A DNA stretch of 64,000 nucleotides, taken from assembly GCA_002633005.1 (NCBI GenBank), contig NMRA01000364.1, positions 181,075-245,074 on the forward strand, read 5' to 3'. The stretch comes from Phoronis australis (taxonomy: Eukaryota > Animalia > Phoronida). The notes under the pieces were generated by a model. It made no database searches. It worked only from the letters and a program-made list of their open reading frames with translations, and was not told the origin of the DNA. Shown in pieces: positions 49,688 through 62,400 of the stretch (the first letter of the stretch is position 1; each line of letters begins with the position of its first letter). The position numbers were made by a program, and so were the translations under genes.

Positions 49688-50737
49688 AGTCTTACAACAT
49701 CTCACTCATATTGTTAAGAGATCGGACTGGAGCGGGTTTCAAACCCCAGACAGCCTGCCACACTAAAAGAATGCATGTGAGGGTGAGTCCAAAACATGAG
49801 TGACGTAATGAAACACCCCTATAAGAAGAGTCAATTAATAATAAAGTGACGCGAAACTGTAACTCTATAATTCACAAAGGGAGGGCGCACCCGTCACACT
49901 CCCCCAACCTCAGATCTAATGTAAGTTATTTAACAGAGATCAAAATTAAACAGTAGTAACAGTGAGCAACAACTTCAGTTTGTGATAAGATATTCAAGAT
50001 ATTTAAATGACAACAATAACATTAGTAATTCACATATACAAAGACCTGACCGGTAGGACCGTAATAAAATAGAAATAAAATATCTGTGTAGAAAATGACA
50101 ACAATTAATTACTGAGAAACAATTAACAATAATAATAACAATGTTCAACTCAAACTCCAATTTAGGCAACTTGACTGCATTCCCACTCTGTTAATTTAAC
50201 TTCGTCCCCATTGAATTTCGCGAGCACCACATCTTTAAACGGAGCCCTCTCCCTATACAACTCCCCCATCTTCACTCTTCGCTTGACCTCCCAAACTCTC
50301 TTTCAGTATTTTCTGTTCTCGACCTCTTCTCTCCTGTAGAGGGTGGCAGTATGGTTTGTCTTTTTCTGGTGGCGTTGGGTCTGGTGAGCACGAGGTGACT
50401 TAAAACCACATGGGCACGCGTAAAGTATCACAGTCTGGCAACACGTTGCTTCATAACTAATTACTTCCGACACCTTGTTAAACAATTAAGCAACTCTAAA
50501 ACTTTTAGGAGAAACTATAGGAGACTTGCAACACGTCACTCATATTGTTAAAGAGATCGGACTGGAGCAGATTTCAAAGCCCAGACAGCCTGCCAAAACT
50601 ACTAGTGAGCGACCTTATATACACGTGAGGTTGAGTCCAGAACACGAGTGACGTAATGAAACACCCCTATAAGAAGATTCAATGAAGTGGCGCGAAACTG
50701 AAACTATAATTCACAAAGGGAGGGCGCGCCCGTCACA
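49688..50737 (-). mobile_element. Small LTR element B: ~210-bp direct repeats 49688-49898 and 50522-50737, PPT 49899-49911
   Basis: Both repeats start TGTGACGGG on the minus strand; the downstream one is preceded by GAGGTTGGGGGAG. The 620-bp interior holds a degenerate C2H2-like ORF. Confidence 0.75.
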
Positions 50738-51840
50738 AAAGAATTTTAATGAAAATTGTATTGTGACGGGAAATTCTTGCATCTATTTTACTGTCTAGTA
50801 CAACAAAAAATAATTTCGGCATTGAAATGCTGTTCAAAGTTTTCCAATAATAGAACTCTTGGTATTGTGAGTAAGCTACTTTTAGCAATGCTATTGGCCT
50901 TGTTATTGCAATATTTAAACTTCAGTGCTGACTGATTTTGTTGCCTGCTTGCACATAACAGCATATAGTTACTCCGGTTAGTTTGGGATTCAGGATTCAC
51001 GTACTGAGAAAATTACAAAATCGTATTTCATGCACAAATTATAAGGAGCATATGTGGATGCAACAGATACCAGTTATATACCGTATTTGTTTCACATGTT
51101 CATTAATTTTGTTCGGATTAAAAGTACGCTTCGATAACGGAGTTGACTGATCTAACTTCCATATGTTTATTATTAAACATTCTCAAGTGAGCAGTTCTTT
51201 TGGGAAGTGTTAAGTGGCCCTTATTGGGCAGTTGGTTGTACTATCGTGTTTACTGCAGGTTCATGTGCAGTTTACCTTTACTCATTTGAACAAACACGCT
51301 GGAGAGCATCAAACGCAGGCGTCCTGCACGTTGCAGGACTAGACGAAGAGAGAGCCAATTCCCATGATGCCCCAGTCTTGTGACAACGCTAAAATTCACA
51401 ACATCCGGCCACTAATGGAAACTAGCGGACGAACACCCACTTACGAGACCACATGAAAGACGAGTCCACACAAACCTACGTTCACAACAGTATTGTGCTT
51501 GTGCTCACTGAACTACTGAAGGTCCTCCTCATTCAAGTTTTCATCAGGGAAGGTTTTATGGAAACAAAGACGATGACAATATCAATGACATTTTTAACAC
51601 GGTGACCTTAAATAGACGTTACCACTCACCAGCGTTGTCACAAACCCCTGCCTCATTCAGTTCTTGTTCCTTTTTGTAGTTTAGTAGTTTATTGTTTTTC
51701 AACAATACACTTATAACAGTTCATTTAAAGGGCGAATGAGGAAAAAGGAGGGGGGACTTTCACTCGCACACTCATACACACAATCATTCACACACTTCAT
51801 CATTTAATAGAAATAACACTACATAATATATGAATGTAAT

Positions 51841-52477
51841 CAGGGCTCAACATTAACTTTTTAAGCCTTTTGCCCTTCGGGCAAGTAGTTGAAATTTTTA
51901 CAAAATCACTTGCCCCAATTACTATCTTAAATAAGACCGTGCATGTGCAAACCTAGGTAGGCTAATGTGTTGCCGTAGGGCTGTCTGTGCTTAGCCTCCT
52001 CTAGTGCTGTGCATGTTATATACTTGAGTTGCTAGTTTTTGATGATTCTTTTAGAAACATTTATTTATAAGGTGTGTCAAAACACTAGAGAGACAAATTA
52101 GCAGAGTAACTATGCTATCTGAACCATTGTCTCACAGGCGCCGAAATGAGCTAGGACATGAACTCTAGACACTTCTGTGTATTCATTAGTTAAAATACGC
52201 CCTCATGCTTTAATTTAGTCTGGATTTGTGTTGTTGTCTATCCTGAACTTGATTTTGCTATCCGTAAAAATCTTGCACAGTTTTGGTCATCGGTACCTTG
52301 TACTAGTTTAAAATCAAATTTTAACATATGAGAATGCCACACATACTTTTATTTTCGATAAATAATTACATTTTTGAAAAATAGACCTCGAAAAAGTCAC
52401 CCTTCAGAACGACAATCCTGAGGACTGTATTCCTCTTCTTTTGGAGTTGTCACCGGGAGCTGGGAATTCACATTTTT
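51841..52477 (-). mobile_element. One-ended, shorter sibling of the CAGGGCTCAACA element, inverted
   Basis: Reverse complement of 54830-~54450 joined to ~53560-53320. Confidence 0.8.
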
Positions 52478-52590
52478 CCTCTAGAATAACTTGATCTAGA
52501 ACAACTTGCTCTCAGTCAACAGTGTCCGCAGTAAACACCCTACACCTTGCAACATTTTCACGTTGATAAGGCAATAGACAGTTTGTCACT

Positions 52591-54830
52591 CAGGGCTCAA
52601 CACTAACGGTTGCCCGATTGCCTGTGTACATGTAGATTTTGCGTCGGGCAAGTGAAATTTGAAAAGTACTTGCCCGATGGGCAAGTTAAAAAGCTAGCCT
52701 CATAGGCAAATAGATCCTAAAATTGTCTGCTCGACATTTGCTCCAAAGTAACGAACCCCGACACAAGCCTAAAAACCGTCGAAAAAGCCCCTGTGGCCGT
52801 CAAAGTTCGAAACTTTCGTCTTCGAATGAGCACCAAAAGGAAAATAGAACGAATGTGTTGCAGAGTGTACAGATGACGCTCGCGGTTAAATCCTTTTGAT
52901 TCTCTGAACGTTCCCTGCAGTTTCTGAATAAGTTGTCACGTGATACTACTGATCGTCTCCACTCTGGCAAAACGTCTAAACATGGAAGCCGTCCACGCCT
53001 GGACGGCATTGGTTTAGTTGCCAAAAAACGAGTTCAGGAAGAATCAAAGCAATAATATCAAACGAAAAGAGTGCGGGGATGGGTTCCGTCATGGGAAATT
53101 AGGTTTTCTGGCCTGCGAGACAGTGAACAAGGGATGATGTTTGATTTTTGCCGGCGTTTACCCATGTTCAGCTGGAAGCACCGCGTTCGTCTGCGGATGT
53201 AAGTCATACAGATAAGCGCAAAAGCTAAAAAGTGAATGATTGACGACATATTTTCTACACTACACAGCAGTTTAAAAGGCCTGGTATTTATTCAGGGGGA
53301 ATTCCAAAGGACATTCTTATGAATTCCCGGCTCCCGGTGCCGACTCCCGAAAGAAGAGGAATACGGTCTTAGGGATTGCCGCTCTGAAGCCTGAAGGGTT
53401 ACTTTTTCGCGGTATATCTATTTTTCAAAAATTTAATTATTTATTGAAAATAAAAGTATATTTGGCATTATTATATGTTAAAATTTCATTTTAATTTAAT
53501 ACAAGGTACCGATGACCAAAACTGTGCAAGATTTTTACGGATAGCAAAAACTGAAATTCAGGCGTGTGTTCAGTAGACGCTAGGACCTAGCTAAAACCTA
53601 GTCAAAGTCACGTGTTCTCATTTTGAAATACACGGCAATTTCTGACGTAATCTCGCGAAGTCTTGTATTTAGCGAGGTCCTAGCGCTACTGAACGGGAGG
53701 CTGGTTAGCAACAACTCGAAGTTTAATGCTAGCCTTGGTACAAAGCTGTATATGAATATACAGCTTTGCACCGATGCGGCTAAAAAAGTGGTAAGATAAA
53801 ATCTGACACAAAATTAGCGTCATTAAAAACTACAGTCTTCCTTGAGTAATTTAAATTATTTAATGGTGTTGGCAAAAATGGCGTACTACCGTTATTCTGC
53901 TGCTTAAGTTGTGGAGCGGCGCTATGAAATTTTGCGTTGCCAGTTTCTTTTTTCGCTGATTCTTCAATCAACTGTTGTTCTTTCACGAGGTTGCGTACAC
54001 GTCACAACAAATTATCATAATTGGTTTCACCTCATTAAAAGGTTTTAGAATTTTGGTACCGAAAAATCAAATTTCCGAAGAAATTTTGTTGCTTCCAAGC
54101 TATCATTGTCTCCTGAGAGATGTCGCAAAAATTTAGGAAATGGCGCGTGACACGAGCGTACTGTTTTCATTGTTAGAAAAGGGAGAGAGTTCCGCAAGAA
54201 AATGAAGTTTATTGCATTGCTTTTCACTTAAACGGCTGTAACGGGCAAGGTGAGCGTCGGTTGACTCCCAGATTTTGCATGCACACCGTCCGGTCTTTAG
54301 CTTTACATGTTGATACAAGTTTTATGGCGCGGTGACGAGCAGAACTACCTTGGCTGTGTGCAATTTCGCTGTCTACGGAAGAAATATAAACGCAGTGGCA
54401 CCTAGCTGTATTTTGACGACGGTCTTCATACAGCTAGCTGGCTGGCTAGTTTAATGCATGAGGACGTATACACTAATGAATATACAGAAGTGTCTAGAGT
54501 TCATGCCCTAGCTCATTTCGGCGCCTGTGAACGTGTGACAATGGTTCAGATACCATAGTTACTCTTCTAATTTGTCTCTCTAGTGTTTTGACACACCTTA
54601 TAAATAAATGTTCTGTAAGAAAAAAATAGCAACTCGTGTATATAGCTTGCACAACACAAGAGGAGGCTCAGCACAGGCAGCCCTACGGTAACACATTTCC
54701 TACGTGTGCACATGCCCGGTGCTATTTGGGATTGTACTAATGGGGCAAGTGAATTCGTTGTTAGGGCAAGTAAAAATTTCAACTACTTGCCCGAAGGGCA
54801 AGTGGCTTAAAAAGTTAATGTTGAGCCCTG
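52591..54830. mobile_element. 2240-bp non-autonomous hAT-like element with 5-bp TSD (hAT5-type)
   Basis: TIR CAGGGCTCAACAYTAAC at both ends; TCACT duplicated (52586-52590, 54831-54835); empty site GTTTGTCACTATTGTAG at 58181; subterminal GGGCAAGT repeats. Confidence 0.9.
53568..53694. mobile_element. ~130-bp MITE nested in the hAT5-type element
   Basis: GTTCAGTAGACGCTAGGACCT...AGGTCCTAGCGCTACTGAAC inverted ends; the core is similar to 9243-9317. Confidence 0.65.
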
Positions 54831-55256
54831 TCACTATTGTAGTAAACGTGTGTCAAACTACTGACCCTGTGCAGCTAGCTCTGCGTTTTTTATTGCTTCT
54901 CAAATAAATAGCCCAGAAAGCGAACCATTATATCCAGACTATCTCGGTATGAGAGGGTCGGCATCTCGCCTTCATATTTCGGTCTTCTGTCCTTCTGGTC
55001 TGCGAGAACAAGTATTCTGCAAATAGGTCTAGTTGTTGTGAAAGTAAAAGCTACTGATATGAAAGATGAGTTAAATAGGCAATAATATGCCCTCGAACAG
55101 AGTTTAGTAGTTTATTGTTCTTCAACAATACACTTATAACAGTTCATTTAAAGGGCGAACAAGGAAAAAGGACTTTCACTCGCATACTCATACACACAAT
55201 CATTCACACACTTCATCATTTAATAGAAATAACACTAAATAATATATGAATGTAAT

Positions 55257-55880
55257 CAGGGCTCAACATTAACTTTTTAAGCCACTTGCCCTTCGGGCAT
55301 ATAGTTGAATTTTTTACAAAATCACAAGTACTATCTTAAATAGCACCGTGCATGTGCAAACCTAGGTAAGGTACTGTGTTACCGTACGGCTGTCTGTGCT
55401 GAGCCTCTAGTGCTGTGCATGCTATATACTTGAGTTGCTATTTTTTGACGATTCTTCTAGAAACATTTATTTATAAGGTGTATCAAAATACTAGAGAGAC
55501 AAATTAGCAGAGTAACTATGCTATATCAACCAGTGTCTCACAGGCGCCGAAATGAGCTAGGACACGAACTCTAGACACTTCTGTGTATTCATTAGTTAAA
55601 ATACGCCCTCATGCATTAAATTAGTCTGGATTTGTGTTGTCTAACCTGAACTTGAATTTGCTATCCGTAAAAATCTCGCACAGTTTTGGTCATCGCTACC
55701 TTGTATTAGTTTAAAATCAAATTTTAACATATAATAATGCCACACATAATTTTATTTTCGATAGATAATTACATTTTTGAAAAATAGACCTCGAAAAAGT
55801 CACCCTTCAGAACGACAATCCTGAGAACCGTATTCCTCTTCTTTTGGAGTCACCACCGGGAGCCGGGAATTCACATTTTT
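55257..55880 (-). mobile_element. Duplicate of the one-ended CAGGGCTCAACA sibling
   Basis: Direct repeat of 51841-52477. Confidence 0.8.
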
Positions 55881-57862
55881 CACAAACAGCAAAGTGCTCA
55901 TCACGCGGTATCAAAGTGGCAATAAATGCATGCACAAATGTAGTATCATGCTTCATGTTGTTGGAAATAATACATGCATTTCAACATTGGAGCTCTTCGG
56001 TCTTAAAATATACTGCAAATGGATGAAGAGTAGATTGGGAATTGTTCCAACGGAACCACTGAACAGCATTCTGCAAAATAAATGAATAATTATCAGCAAA
56101 ATCTAACATAACAATTGCTGTGTCTACTTCTCGGTTATCTTTCATTGGGCTTTCGAAATAAAATTGTGTTGTCTGAGTGAACCAAAGCAATCCTCAGTTT
56201 TGTGGACAAAGTCTTCCACAGTTGAGGTGAAATTCGACAAGATGATAGTAGAATCCATGTGCATCCACTGCTTATAACTAATCATGTCAAGGTCGTTGTC
56301 GTTGAGCTCTCGGATCAGATGGTCTTCCAGAGCATCTTTGCCTGGGCATGAATTGTAAAAACTAATGGCTTTGTTATTTTAAGAACCATTTTAGTAGTTT
56401 CAATTTTAAAACTTGAGAAGAACATTCTCACAATACAAGACAAAACGATTTGAAATGTATTTTTCATAACCTACATTAAAGCTCAGTAATCCTTGAAGCA
56501 CATTGATCAATGCAGTGAGTGAGAATATTACTTACTTGTAATGTCCTTTGTGTGACACAAGAATGCAAGTTAAAAACTGTTTCTCATGGTGCATACAAAG
56601 TTCATCTTTATAAAAATGTGACAATCCAGTTCTCCAGGACAGAAGTTTCCTTTTTTGTAGATCAAGGTCTTTTATAAGAATGACACCTTGCTGTCGGCTC
56701 AAATACGTTTTGTGGCACGGACTGTTGAGGCGAATGCCAATCTTACGTGGACTTGGCATTCTTTTAGTTGCTTTGTTAGAACAGGAGTGATCTTCAACAC
56801 GAGCCTGACTGCTTGACATAATGTGGAATGACACTAAGTGAAAATGATGCTATTGGTTTTGAATGGAAATGCTTTTGACAAATCTTATTGTTTGGTATTT
56901 TCAGGATGATGAATATTATTGGTTGTTACTTCTGCATTTCGCACTTGAAGCTTTCAGCCTTTTCCTTATAAGGAGTTTTGTTGGTTGTGACCTTATGACC
57001 CTATCATAGTCCCTGACATACTTGTAGTAAGGTTTGCAACCAACATGACACTGTCCTTTGGAATAAATTCAATAACCTGAGCCTGAAAATCATTACTTCC
57101 ATCGATATTATGACCTTACTGCCATTGCAGATGAGAAAATTTTATGAAAATCCTCAATTTACGAAAGAGTCGTTGAAACCATGAAGGATTTTAAACACAA
57201 AATTTCTTTTTGGTTTTCTAATCTTCATACATGTTTTGCTTTATGACAAAAAAGGCAATATCATTGTAAACTGCAGACATTGTTTTTTTTCGGGTGCCAG
57301 AAATGGCTAAGAAATGCGTTACTTAACTGAAGCTGCTTTTTAGTGCCACGTAGCTTCAACATTGACCACCAAAATAGGTTGTTAATTACTTTTTACAGTT
57401 AACAGTAATAAGAAATTTACGTATTGACATTTAAAGTGCTTTCATCTCTTTTATTTAATATTCTGGAGCCAATCAAATGTCAGAATTCGGGATTCGCGAT
57501 CACAGTTTTTTGGCATTTTGGACCCCTTAGTTCAGGTATGACATTTGCTAGGTGAACTCTTGTGATTGATTGTGACAACTTGGTATCCAATTAATCCATA
57601 CAAGCATTTTCAGGACAATCAAACGCTTAATTTTGAAGTGAGAGGCCTCCAAAATCTGAAAAAATCGCAGTTTCAATTCGCGAGGTCAAAATAGGATGTG
57701 TTACCCAATATTGTGAAGGGCCATATCTCGGAGACCCTTTCACTTAGGTGAATAAAATGTTGCAGGTAATCATTGAGTACCATAATTAAATCTCAGTAAA
57801 TTTTCATACAATTCTGAGATGTTGACCTGACTCCATCTAAGTGATTTCATGTGGAATGACCC
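55881..57862 (-). mobile_element. Decayed Sola2-like DNA transposon (5' part with transposase relic)
   Basis: Broken frames give CMHHEKQFL, CPGKDALEDHL...ISYKQW...LRQHNFISKAQ, and LDFADNYSFILQNAVQWFRWNNSQSTLHPFAVYF...CIISNNMKHD (DFAENY-type motif). Putative terminus GGGTCATTCCACATGAAATCAC at 57862. Confidence 0.65.
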
Positions 57863-58590
57863 AAATGTAATTTTAATATCTATCAACGTGAAGAACTTGA
57901 AGGACAGACCAGTCCAGACATAACTTCTGTTGGTTACATAAGTAAATAAAACTAACTCTGACCTCATGCTTAAGCACGGGTAGCAGCTAGTTTATGGGGA
58001 GCACAGGAAGCTCGGGACCTTGTATGTCAAAGGTCAGACTCGGCTGACCTTGTGCAACAACATCCACAGCACTAGTTCCTCTAGAACAACTTGATCTAGA
58101 GCAACTTGCTCTCAGTCAACAGTGTCCGCAGTAAACACCCTACACCTTGCAACATCTACACGTTGATAAGACAATAGGCAGTTTGTCACTATTGTAGTAA
58201 ACATGTGTAACAAACTACTGACCCTGTGCGGCTAGCTCTGCGTTTTTTATTGCTACTCAAATAAATAGCCCAGAAAGCGAACCATTATATCCAGGCTATC
58301 TCGGTATGAGAGGGTCGGCATCTCGCCTTCATATTTCGGTCCTCTGTCCTGGTCTGCGAGAACAAGTTGTCTGCAAATAGGTCTAGTTGTTGTGAAAGTA
58401 AAAGCTACTGATATGAAAGATGAGTGAAATAGACAATAATATGCCCTCGAACAGAGGTAAAAAGCTTCCAGTATTTGTAATGTGCTCTAGTGCAAACTCA
58501 CAATCGCTCGAATCAAACACATTTCAATTACTGGCTGTCAAAACTCACTCTAAAAAGTCACGTGGGTAACACATATCTGAAGTGAGCTTG

Positions 58591-59199
58591 TCATCTCCAC
58601 ACACATATCGCCTCGATTTCACCCACGAAGTATGGTGTGTCTACATCAATTTTTGCTATGGGAAAGTATGGTGATGTCCCATCTATTAACACACAGGTGT
58701 ACTGTTTCCTCGTCAGTTGACTTTCTTTGAGTTGGGACGTCTTCACCGCTGCACTACTACAACCGGTGTCACGTACCTTTGTCTCGTTGACGTAACTGCC
58801 ACAAACGGGCGTATTGTAGTCATCTTTAGATTCTCTGTGCTCATCACAAGTCCCTGTCTCTACGGGTATCTGTGTCCCATTAACTACCTTCAGACAGCCA
58901 TGAACTATGTGCTGCTCTACCGTCGTTACTACAGCTTGAAGCATTCCCACCTTTTTTGGTATCTTCTTAATCTGTTCTTGCTGCAAGGAGGACGACTGCT
59001 CACTTGCAGACTTTTTGGACTGTGATTGTTTCATCCAGCAGTCCCTGGTTAAATGACCCTTGCCATAACAATTGAAACACTCTGTGTCACCTTGTTTCTG
59101 GTCATCGATGAACGAGGAGTCTGTCCTTCGTTCCTTTGTACTGCTTGGCGGTGCCCGTCTTCTGGCTACCTGACCCCAGTCTTTCTTTGAGTTCCTCAT
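58591..59199 (-). pseudogene. Gypsy-type gag (CCHC knuckle) - aspartic protease relic
   Basis: CFNCYGKGHLTRDC zinc knuckle, then VRDTGCSSAAVK and CVLIDGT...PIAKIDVDTPYFVGEIEAIC. Confidence 0.85.
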
Positions 59200-59744
59200 T
59201 CATAAGGACATCATATCCAACAACTCCACCGTCTACTTTGGGGTAATTCCCATGATCACGGTTCAAGGTGTGCATTAGAGAATATACCAGGGCTTGTCCT
59301 TGATATTTAGCGTACACCCTGAGTGGTAGTATGGTATCACTCATCCACCACGACATTGACTCGTATTTCAACAGTATCGGAAACAAATGAGATGCTGCGT
59401 CAGCATGATTAACAAAGAAGCACGTGTTGAAGTTTATAACAGAAATAGCGACCTGCTTGCATTCTTCATCTTGCAACATGTAAAAAAGGCGTCCTTGAAG
59501 TTTGTGTTACAGGAATGCTTTTCCCTTTTCGTACGCACTCATCCTGGCTGTAATCATAATTTTTGTCTTTCTCTTCTTTAATTTTATTGTTAGTGTACAT
59601 TGTAATTGCATCTATAGCGGCGGTCTCTGTACTTGTCTTCTAACCAAGAAAAACCCTTCAGCAGCTACATTATTTCACAGTTTGCTCTAGGTCTCCTCAG
59701 GTATACTGTCACTCACATTGTGGTGCATTCTTCCATGATAATCA

Positions 59745-60836
59745 CAGGGTTTCCCCTGGGTTGGAATGGCTAAAACGGGAGGCAAAGCCCATTGCCACAG
59801 GCGAATATGGGTTTCGAAAGGAGCACGGTGGTAAATGGTTGCAGTGTATGCGGAAAAGGGCGCAACATGCAAAGAGCGATCTTCCCATGGGGGGAGGGGT
59901 TTGTAGACCGTCCCCAGGCAAAATTTGAAAAACTAGATTTTATTGGGTGCAGTTTGGTGCATTCTACAAGTTTACTCATGATAAACAAGACCTTAGTACA
60001 AGCATCATGTAGTGGAAGTATCTGGGTAAAGGATACTTTGCAAGACAAATTGGCAATGTCAATGAAGTATAATGTGATCTCTTGATTCACTTATTCATGA
60101 CATGACAAACGTAGAACAAAAAATATTTGAAGTTTTTATTCGCAGTGAACTAATTCGTATAACGAAACTTCTGTTGATATCGTCGTGCTCAGCATAAATC
60201 AGTTAGCAGACGATGTATAATCCAGTCAATTAGGCGCAGGGCTACGGTTGATTGAATCATCGAATGTCATGCTCTGCTATATAATTATCATTGCTTTACA
60301 ATATCTTTGTAAATTGAGACACGATAAAATGAATAATACAGAAAGCTGTCCGTTCCTCAATCCAGTTCATTAGCGAGCCCTGGCGCTTCGCCATTTTAGA
60401 AAATTTGCATCGAGGTCGTTACCTGGTGCCCGACTGTATTCAGTATCTGCATTTTTGGATAACTATGTTCGTACGAGGAATGAAAGGAGATTAAATGGGG
60501 CCTAATTCAGGATCCCATTATAAATTAATCATTTTTCCTGTTCGATCCACAAACAGCGAAAGGCACCCTGTGACTTTTGCTTATTCAGTATTACTAGAGA
60601 TCATTTGTACTGGGGATCATTTTTTCTAGCGATCATTTTACTAGGGTTCATTTTTATCTCCATGATAGCAAGTAGCAGCATATATTAAAGAAAACAACGG
60701 TTTTAAGTCGACTTGACATGTTTCAGTGTCATTTATTCAAACACCATCATCAGAAGAGAGAATGCAGTGGCCATTTTTACTAGCGATCATTTTCACTAGC
60801 GATTTTTGTGTGGCTGGCCTCCCAGGGGAAACCCTG
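59745..60836. mobile_element. 1092-bp non-autonomous element with perfect 16-bp TIR (hAT-like CAGGG ends)
   Basis: CAGGGTTTCCCCTGGG ... CCCAGGGGAAACCCTG; no TSD recognisable. Confidence 0.75.
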
Positions 60837-60899
60837 GTATATAAGTGGTGACATTAGCAGTTCTAGGACCTGTTTGGTATCATCAGTTTAGTTATTCTG

Positions 60900-62400
60900 T
60901 GCCTCCAAGTCCTCATACACCCAGTTCTTGCTTGTATGACAGCCACTGAACACACATCCATCACCTGTCGATAGCTCAGTGACATCATGTGCCCGTCTTT
61001 CTCAACGGTTCAAAAATACACTGAAGCTTTCTCCCATACTAGCTATGTGCCCTTCTCATTCAAGCACATTCCATAAAGGCACTGTCATGGTGTTTCCGAT
61101 AATTCCTAAGGCATATGCACAAGCAGCATACTCGGTAACTTCACGATCACCATGTACAACTTCACAAAATGTGTTGTCAACTTTGTACTATAGTACAGGC
61201 CCAAATTAACAAGCAAAAATTGTGACAGTTTTGAAGTTGCGACACTTCAGGGAAAGTGTGACAATGTGGGCTTGCACAGAGTACTTCTTTGAACTGTGTT
61301 ACACTATGTCCCAATAAACCTATTTGTACCTGTTGCGTCTGGCTTGGGATAAACTCCAAGTACAGGGATCCATCTCGGACCTTGCCCACGTTGTTTCCGA
61401 AAATGAACTCAGATTTTTTTGGACTCCTTCAATCTGCTCTGCTAAGCCTACAACAGAGTGCATTCCACAGTAAAAGTTATTAATGCTGTCGTCATTACTT
61501 TCCTTCTCAGCTTTAGACATTGTATTTTTTGTGTGCTTTCCCTGTACTCAGCCAATGACTCATTATAGTTTCTTATCAGTGGCTGCACGGTACAAACCAT
61601 TTCTTCACAAATTATACCAACGTTACGTCCAACAGTCAGCATTACAGCTCTACTGACTTTCAGTTTCTCCAGAGCCATTCGGCTGTCACCACTGGCCATC
61701 TGTCATTCCTATGGTAAATGTCCTTCCTTCAGCTGTTGTCACTACTTGCTTCCCCTCACCCCCCNTAATCGGGAAGCTTACATTTGTAGTAAACAATTTT
61801 CTCAATCTTTACGAGCTCATCTTATTCTTGTCGAGCATTTCTTCACGATCAAATCTGGACTGCTGCACCCGTCTCAGCTTCTGTGTCCAGTAGTAGCCTC
61901 TCTAGCTCGTCTTTTTGAGATACTAACTTTCTGATAATCTTGTCTTGACATGATAATTTCTTGTTCACATTTCTCTTACGCAATTAGCTGCCAGTATTTG
62001 TTTTCATGCACATATGACACTCCTGCAGTTCTGCCAGGCAGTTGTGAAGCACACGTTGGACAGATATAATTGTCGTCCTATTATTTTTCACATTTTGTAA
62101 TCATTCCAGCTTGTCTTTCTATCAGACATTTAAGTATTCTCATCAATTTCCTGTTTTGAACTCAAACAGCTTGTGCTACACGGTGTCTGAATAAACCTAC
62201 TTGTACCACTTTTAGCTGGCTTGGGATGAACTCCAGGTGAGAAGCCAGCTCCGTCATTGTCTCCAAAAATAACCTACGGTTATATATTTTTAGGGCTCCT
62301 TGACTAAACACTTAAGCCTACACAACATGCATTCTACACTAAAAGTTATAAGTTCTGTTGTCAATGCTTTCCCTCTCATCTTTAGACATTACGTTAATCT
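60900..62400 (-). pseudogene. Decayed DDE-transposase-like coding relics (CxxH motif), partly present twice
   Basis: INNFYCGMHSVVGLAEQ and EYAACAYALGIIGNTMTVPLWNVLE in broken frames; about 61320-61522 is similar to 62197-62390. Confidence 0.5.

Larger units (their letters stand above)
51680..58456. repeat. Local tandem segmental duplication (51680-52477 ~ 55101-55880; 52478-52590 plus 54836-55100 ~ 58079-58456)
   Basis: Long near-identical direct repeats read directly; each copy carries a different ~2.2-kb segment. Confidence 0.9.

Noticed and set aside
46724-50737. DIRS/Ngaro split-direct-repeat interpretation
   Set aside because: The repeat order is A..A B..B, each with its own PPT and TG start, and no tyrosine recombinase is visible; two LTR elements fit better.
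50729-50770. 9-bp inverted repeat CCCGTCACA / TGTGACGGG at the edge of LTR B
   Set aside because: Too short to distinguish from chance.
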